This document shows, piece by piece, positions 56,364 to 64,000 of a stretch of 64,000 nucleotides of DNA. The first letter of the stretch is position 1. Every line of letters begins with the position of its first letter. The stretch is taken from the NCBI GenBank assembly GCA_051362555.1, contig CM120640.1:26336225-26400224 (forward strand), given 5' to 3'. This DNA comes from Lingula anatina. Taxonomy: Eukaryota; Animalia; Brachiopoda. The notes below the pieces were generated by a model, which was given only the letters and a program-made list of their open reading frames with translations, did not search any database and was not told where the DNA came from. A program made the translations under genes and the position numbers.

Positions 56364-59300
56364 ATGGATGTATCAGAAGAAGAATTAAGCAACCTAGACC
56401 TTTATTCTGATCTGCTGTCTACTGATCATCAGCATGAAGAGATTGAGAAACAAGAGGTAGGTAGTGTATATGGTAAATAAACTAATATATTAAACATTTG
56501 TAGAAAATTAAGAAGTTCCATGGCCAAGATGTTTTTTATAGCCATGGTAATACACAAATCAGATATAACAGAAGTCTGAATTTGAAATGTTTCTACGGTT
56601 GGGAAATGCCTTATTGTTATTGATTGCAATAGTGATAACAGGTCACGTGTTATTTTTCTTTTTATGTGTTATGCCTAAAATACTTCCTTGTTTTTGCTAT
56701 GCATCAGTGCCTCTGGTACTGGCATTCTCTTTCTACATGCATGTTACTCATCTTATCTGATAGGAGATTCAAGGTTATCAGAAACAGTGAACAACGATGT
56801 TATAATGCACACAGTTATTAGTGTGTGAAAATTGACTCTTGATACAGGTAGGATTATAGGATTTCCTTATGTCATTGTAACCTGAATTTCTTAACCTACA
56901 TATAGAAATTTTTCCATTCTCAGCTGAAGTCTAGACTTGAAGATGTTGTGAGAGAAAATGAAGGAATGAAGAAAGAATTGGCTAAATTTCATGTTCAAAC
57001 AGAGACATTGGTCAAAGAAAATGCTGCGTTAAAGAAGAACATGTCAGCACTTTATCAGACAGCTAAACTGGAGATGAAAAGAAAAGAAGCTGATATCACC
57101 AGGATGAGAAAAACGTAAGCAGACAATATCATTCCCCCCTTCATCTGTGCAATGGTACATTGCCTTTTGATACTAACTAAAATTTGGTTGAACTGGTATG
57201 GCAATTTCTTTAGCCTTTTCTTTAGTTTTACTTTTCTACCTGTTACAAACATGCCATTCGTTATAGTGGCAAATTTTTTTTAAGTGAGGAGTTGTACATT
57301 AGGTTCTTGTTAACTTTCAAAATTAAAGGTGCATTGAATGTTTTAAATTCAGTCCAGGTGGGTAGATGTCGTGAGTAACTGGCCCGGTTTAAAATTTTGT
57401 CACTCTTTAACAAAATATTTCTTGGCATTTGGGCCTGTAAGATTCAGATATTACTGTCATTGTGATGGATCACTGGCATGGAGCCAGCGGTCATTGTGAG
57501 ACCTGCCTTTGATATTTATTTAGCACAGTTTACATGATTTAAACTTTTGTTACTTCTAGCATGGAAACCTATGCCAAACTAATCAGAAAACAGGGTTTAT
57601 CATTACCCAACCCGGAGATGCAGCCTGCTGTTGTGAAGGAAAACTTCAGTGGTACGTTCATTGGCAGCAGTGAAAGAAATGTGAACCAAACGTGGCCTGT
57701 GAAGGTTTCAGATCCCAAGCCAAGGTCAGAACCAGAGAATGTTCAAACAAGGTTGATGGGTATTGCTGCAATGAGTTATGGTCAGGGGTTCCAAGGATCA
57801 TCAGAGGTGGAAAAAAATGACAGGTCAGGTCCAGAAAAGTATAAAAATTCAGAGGATGAAGGCAAGGCTATTGTAAAGAGCATATTTTGCGACTCAGAAC
57901 GGGTTGAAGTGACTAACAGTAGCATTCATGGCAATGGACAAAAACATGACAAAAATGATTTTGTAGATAACAGAACTAGTAGGGAGAGAAAGAAGACTAG
58001 TTTAAAAGCAGATAGTAAAGGGAAAGAGAATAATACACTCCACAGTAAGAGATCTAGTAATGATAGACTTGATAGAACACCAGAGACCAGATATAGCAGA
58101 GAAAGAGGTCATGGCTCACAAGAAAACAGATCCAACAAAGATGACTATAGATGCAATCAAAAACACAATAAAGATAATGGCGATAAAAGTGTAGAAAGGA
58201 AGTCAAGTCATGATAGAGAGGACAAGAAACCTGTTAAAAGAGAAAGTAATGAAAGAGACAATTATATATTAGAGAAAAGACCAAACTTGGAAAGAAAAGA
58301 TGACACTGTGAAGAAAAATGCTAGAACAAGTGTAGACAAATGTAGACCAGAGAAGCTTTTAAGCAAGGAGGAGAGAAATAGTTTTGCAGTTAAGACTTCT
58401 GCTAGCAAGGAGAGAAGTAAGCTGGACCACGGTACAGGTGGCAAAGACCGGTGTCATGATAGTAGAAGTCATCACAGTCATGAAAGAAAGCACCTTGACC
58501 TCTGTGATAGAAGAAAAGAGGAAGTAAAGAGCATAGATGGGGATCATAGTAAAGGGCATCAATGTGAGGCCAAGCAGCATGGCAAAGTGTTAAACCATGC
58601 TAACAAAAAAAGGAAACTCACCACAGGTCATTCAGAAAGACCTTCTAAATTGTCCCGGAAAAATCAAAGGGGGCATTCTGAAAGTCACAAGCATTCAAGG
58701 ACTAAGTCCACTATTCACAGCAGTGAAAAAGACAGGGATTTATTAGAACATGAACATCTGGTTGAACATAGATCTCAGGCTAAGAACTCTGAATTTAAAT
58801 ATCTCAAACCAACAAAGCCCTTTGACATAGATAGGATGGAACTTTATATGAAACATGCCCAACACCATTTTGAAGTAAGAAGAAAAAAGAAAGGCTCTGT
58901 TAAGACTTGGGATCTACCCAGGACTGTTGTGGAAAAGACAGAACAGACCGGAAATTCCAGCCAGCCGCCATGTCCAGATCAAATAGCTAAAACTCATGAT
59001 CTTGATGATCCAATTTGTCAAAGAATTGAAAACAGTGTGTCCAAAGTTACAAATGGTGTTAGTAGTGATTTAATAAATAAACAAGCTGCAGCACATGTAT
59101 TCTACCCCACCCACAAAGAGGAGCAACCTTTTGACAGAAGCTTTAATGAAGATGCTGTAGGAAATAATTTTGGGGAAGGGAGTAAGATGAAAGAACATGA
59201 AGAAATGGCAAATATTGGTGGGATTTATAAAGGGATAAAAATGGAGCCTGTGGTTACTTTGTCTGAGACGGATTCCAAAGAATCTAAAATATCCAAGAAA

Positions 59301-60218
59301 GAGAAAGATGTGTCGAATGAAGCATACCAGACCAGTGTATTTGACAGTGATGTTGTCGAAGAAATAACTGGAGTATCTAATCAAATTGAATCAGGTGTAG
59401 GCTCTGCATTATCATGTGCTAGGACTGAAGTACCTGCAGCAGTAATGGAACATAATGGATTGATGGAGACCTCTGATGTGTTAGAGGTGCAGCAGTTAAA
59501 GCCATTTGAACTAGAAGGCGATATTAAAAATGCCGGGATCAAAGATATGTCGGAAACAAGAGAAATTCCCCAGTTGGTGCAAAAGAATAAAATGGACTTC
59601 CCTGTTGAAGTGATGGATTTGTCTGAGAGGAATGAAAGTGGGCTTGTTGATATTGTAGAACTGGGATTGGGAGAAACTTCTCCTTTGATTGATGGAGAAA
59701 TAGACGATTTAGTTCTTGATTTCAAGGATAGCAATGGTCTTGAGAATGAAAGTGCAGAAGAGGGAGAAATCACAAGTGAATCAGAGGATGAAACCAAGAG
59801 TAGGAAATGTACAAACGAACCCGTGAAAAGTAGCAGAGACAGCAGACAAAATTGTCCTGAGCATAGAAAAAGGAATTCAAATAAAGAATTCTTTAAATGG
59901 CATCATAGGAAAAATGATGAAAGGAATTTGAGTAAAAGTCAGATAGTAAAAAGAAAACGCTCTATTTCTCATAGTGAAAATGGTTTCAAGAAGGATGCAA
60001 GTCACCACAATTCAAGGTATAAAATAAAGGACACCAAAAATGAGGGCCAAGAAAAGAAAAAAAGAGATGGAAGTAGAACAGATAAAAATTTACATAAAGA
60101 ATATTCAGAGAGTAATCAGCCAAGAAAACATAGGAAGGAAAATGAATGTGAAGCTAAAGAAAATTGTCCCAGAAAATCCTATTCAAAAGATGATAGAAGC
60201 AGGTCAAAAAGGCCTTAA
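56364..60218 (+). CDS. CASP8AP2: FLASH / CASP8-associated protein 2-like histone pre-mRNA 3'-processing factor (980 aa)
   Basis: Exons 56364-56456, 56924-57114, 57560-60218 (2943 nt, open). N-terminal NLDLYSDLL (LDLY motif) is followed by the coiled coil LVKENAALKKNMSALYQTAKLEMKRKEADI, matching human [30 protein letters not shown] (Lsm11-binding region). A long disordered exon carries EEGEI. An in-frame TAG at 56325 precedes the ATG. Confidence 0.88.
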
Positions 60219-62008
60219 TTAATTCTATAACATTTTTCAAATGTTATCAGTGACAGTCTTAAATAATTGAAAGGGTTTTAGAGCATTTTACAATTTCCTT
60301 TTTTGCTATTTATGTAATTCCTATTTTTGTGAAATGAAAGTTGATGTTTATTGCTGTCAGTATCAATCTTAAGGGATTTGCCATTATTTATTTATTTTAT
60401 TATATATATGTATGTAGATTGTGTAGGTAAGTCTGCATAATCAAATTACTCAGAAACTCTTATGTTCTTGTAAATATTGATTTGCTGGATGGCAACAGAC
60501 TGTACTAAAAATACTGAATATTTCTTGAAATAAAAGCTTTTCTACAATTTTTATACAAAATTTTCTACAATTTTGCATTATTTTCAGACCGTACTTAACT
60601 TGCCTGCAAACACTGGGCAATGCAATTGATAAAACCTACAACAAAGAATATGAAAACTGTGCCATGTTATGGCTGCCTTAATAATTTGCCTTTAACCAAG
60701 ATTACAGGGCTTCCTCCACCTGTACAATTATGTTTATGATGTTGCATCTTATTTGGTAAAAGTAATTTGTCAAAAGACCCCAGACAATGCCTGTGGTACC
60801 AGAAAAATGCTACTTGTTTTTGAAAATTGTGCATGTAGCCCTGATAATTATTATTATTTTTAACTTATGTTGATTCCTCATAAATTGTATGCAATATAAT
60901 TTTTTGGTCAAAAAGTAGGATTGATAAGAAATAAAAGGAAGAATAAGAAAAGTGTTTAGCTTGGAAAAGTTAACTTACTGTCAGTTCAATACAGTAGGAC
61001 AGATGTACCATAAATTATCTTGCCATGAGTAAATATGTGTATATATATGCAGGTTTTTTTTTTTTTCATTCCAACTTCAAATATTTTAGGAAAGATCAAA
61101 TGCATGAATAAATCCTTTTTTTTTACATTTATTACAGCAATATTGCAAAAGTGGCTTTTAAAACAAATGTTAACACATTCAAAAACTTATATTTACTAAA
61201 TTGCTGATGTTGATGACAACTACAAGTTTGCACCACTGGTATTCCAGTGGGTACAAACAACCTCGTTGTCAGAAAAGCAATAGAGCCAACAAAGTGATTG
61301 GTTCTTATAAATAGACTTAAAGCAGTGTGTAGTAAATCTGTATCACAAACCTTCGAAAAATTCAAAACCAGAAATGAAATGGTAATCCTCTAAAGCTTAA
61401 TCAACATCACTACAGTTACACAACTCCTATAATATGTGGTAGGAAATACATCAACATAATTTTAAAATGGTACAAAAAGAGACTGATGCCACCTCCAGCC
61501 CAAGATATATCATGCAGGAATTATATTTGTTGTTGAGTCAAATGTCCCATTTGGAAATGAGCTTCCCCTAGCACTTCCTCTTTCTTCAACGATAGTAATG
61601 TTCGTTTTTAACACTGTAATATGTTCAATTTTGCAAAATGTGAGCTACTAGCTATACTAACTCCACATATTACACTTTGAACAAAGGGCAGATGAACAAT
61701 GATGTATAAGAACTACTATTAGAATAAATATTGGTTATCATTAAAGAACTTTGTAGGTCTAAGTTTAAAAAAAATCATAATAACCCATGTTTCTGATGGT
61801 CTAAGTTTGCTTAACATAACAAATAATATCATCTTGCTTTCAAAAATCCCACTATATATTCCAGGTTTCTTGTCCAAGATTATATTGTCCACAATGCTCT
61901 AGAAAATCACACTAAAATAAAGACGAACTACTTCCAACGGTTGTTGTTTCACAGTAATGCCTGAATCAAATGTTTGCAACGTAAATTAGTCCACCAAATT
62001 TGTTCTCT

Positions 62009-62383
62009 TTATGAAGCAGCCGATTCTGCTGAGTGTGATGCTGCTGGTTCTTGCGGTTTCATAACATCAGGAAGTTCTGGCGGTGTTGAGAGTGGTGTGA
62101 TCTCTACCGTATCCCCGTCTAAAGAGAAAATGTCAAACGATGCAATTTAGATATTTCTCAATTTAACCATCAGGTGGAGAAAGAGATCTACAACTTTTAT
62201 TCTTAATTAATTTATCTCTTTACATAGCTCATTTAAAAACTAACAAAATAAAACCATGGTTCATATCAGGCATAAAACACTATTTTTACAACCGAGAGAA
62301 ACATCTACAGCATCTGATATAAACAATGAATAAATATTTTTTACACAAAAATCACATTTAAACTTATGACCACTTTACTTACT

Positions 62384-62419
<36 letters not shown>

Positions 62420-63877
62420 ACCTTCCTCTTTGAATGCTAACCCTATCGTGGCAGGAGCTTGCGCCCTGGCTGTTGAACTGGTGAACCCACAGTCTCCCAG
62501 TGCCTTATTGTCATCCAAAGGCTAAAAAATAAAAATGAATACAAGATGGTATACTTAAAATCAAATCCAACTTAAGAAGGGTATGAAATCAAATTTCCAA
62601 ATTTCACCAGGCATTACATTTTTAGCATTATCATATTAATCTTAGAAATAGAATGATTGTGTCTAAATATAAACAAATTAAAGCATCAGGTTCAGATGCA
62701 TTTTGTCATATGAAATGCAACAAATGCCAGCTCTCTAGCCTTCTAAGTGATCAAACTAACAAGATTTGGTTCAGATGTATAATTGTGGTGAAACCTGTGA
62801 AAATGTACCCATTAATCCCATGAGGCCAAACGAGACCTATCATCATTTGATGGATGGTGAAATTTTGTAAATACGTAGTTATGTATGTTTAAGGTTGTGG
62901 TGATAAGTATTGAGACACTGTGTTTAAGTGACCAAATTTAAGGTAACTTCAGCTGCGTAGCAGTGATAAAATAAGAGAATACAAATTTTGAACTGATAAA
63001 TCACACTCCCTAGTTAACCTGAGGTTAACAATCTTAAGAACAACTGTAGCTGAAAATCAGAAATTCTCATTTATACCTGAAAGGGATACATAATTCTAAT
63101 TATGCATTAAATTTATATAAATGAATTATATATTAAAGTTTCTATTTCCCTAATGAAACCAGCTACAGAAGAAGTAGATTAATGATACCACCCAAGCAGA
63201 GAACGGACCCTGATAAACCCAACTGGCAGCTCAGTCCAAAAAGTGAAACATGCTTAAGAGCCACGCACGATAGAGGTTGGGTTACTCAGTCCCATCATTA
63301 CCGAGTTTTACCCTATCCTCTAGAGGAGATGGGGCAGACATAACAAAAAAAAACAAAAAAAAAAACAGACTACTTTTGAATGTAAAAACGGATTCATTAA
63401 CCATTGGTAAGTATGGGAGAAGTTCATTTTTTGGCCAAAACGAAGAGTTTTTATCCCTTTAATCATTCCTGGAAAGTGTACAGTGACACCAACAATGACA
63501 ACAGATGGAGGCGATGGCTGTATGTCCAGACAGATTGTGTCTGTCCATAAATTATATTCTCTAATTATCATGTATATTTGCTTTAGGAAAAACCAGCACT
63601 TTTTTCAACTGTCTTTCAACAAAAATCCTTTAAATGGTGGAAAACCACCATTTTCTTTATAGATAAAAATTTTAATGAATATTGTTTAATAGGTTATGTA
63701 AAACAGCTGGGACAATTCACTCTTTGCAAATACCTCATCGTCTTTAAATAATTTCTGATCCTCTGGTGGCGTTTTAAGAATTCCTTCTACAACTTTTTTT
63801 AGTTCTCCCACTGTTGTGCTCTCCTTTGCATCTATAAAGATGGTAGTCTTCTTACGCCGTATCATTAAGAAGACATC
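62009..63877 (-). CDS. ELOB: Elongin B; the ATG-bearing first exon lies beyond the right window edge
   Basis: Exons 63877-63734 ([48 protein letters not shown]), 62521-62422 ([33 protein letters not shown]) and 62118-62009 ([24 protein letters not shown]...*). Collinear with human Elongin B. Missed by the ORF track. Candidate AATAAA on - at 61133-61128. Confidence 0.96.
62387..62417. repeat. (CA)n microsatellite abutting an ELOB splice donor
   Basis: Minus strand reads GAAG|GTCAGTGTGTGT... Confidence 0.92.
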
Positions 63878-64000
63878 CTTAAAAGAAAGATAATATACAT
63901 GAATTTATTATAAACACTTTTTATTCCTAGTAGTAGTTGAAAAATTCTGACATTTTCTTCTCTCTTTACTTCTTTATCAACAGAGAGAAGAATTTTTCTA

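Noticed and set aside
58262-59797. Several antisense ORFs (60-138 aa)
   Set aside because: Shadows of the purine-rich FLASH coding exon.
57561-60218. Treating the 885-aa ORF as a stand-alone single-exon novel gene
   Set aside because: An acceptor at 57559 joins it in frame to two upstream exons encoding the FLASH N-terminal domain.
63180-63335. GC-richer patch in an ELOB intron, considered as an intronic snoRNA
   Set aside because: No convincing C/D or H/ACA box pair with a terminal stem; needs an Infernal/Rfam search.

Overview
AT-rich, intron-rich animal nuclear DNA. Protein similarity and repeat types suggest a lophotrochozoan such as a mollusc (inference). Splicing exons by hand gives five genes: (1) the 5' part of tomosyn/STXBP5 on the - strand (14 coding exons, 22854 to 863, continuing off the left edge); (2) a complete 13-exon coproporphyrinogen III oxidase (CPOX) on +, head-to-head with tomosyn; (3) a complete 11-exon Notum (Wnt palmitoleoyl deacylase) on -, tail-to-tail with CPOX and preceded by about 10 kb of gene-free, CpG-rich, TCF-site-rich DNA; (4) a FLASH/CASP8AP2-like histone pre-mRNA processing factor on +; (5) the last three coding exons of Elongin B on -. 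Most ORFs in the supplied track are intronic noise or exon-intron read-throughs. Repeats include a fold-back MITE family (4 related copies), a HINE/DINE-1-like Helentron derivative, a decayed LINE RT and tandem repeats. I see no clear-cut new system. The best leads are a 6-kb U12-type intron in tomosyn holding a candidate CRE/CCAAT internal promoter and a second U12-like donor, two in-frame tomosyn cassette-exon candidates, a Notum with Gly at the Trp128 position plus a polybasic insertion, and a FLASH without the C-terminal SANT domain. All coordinates and counts were read by eye; comparisons to human proteins are from memory, not database searches.
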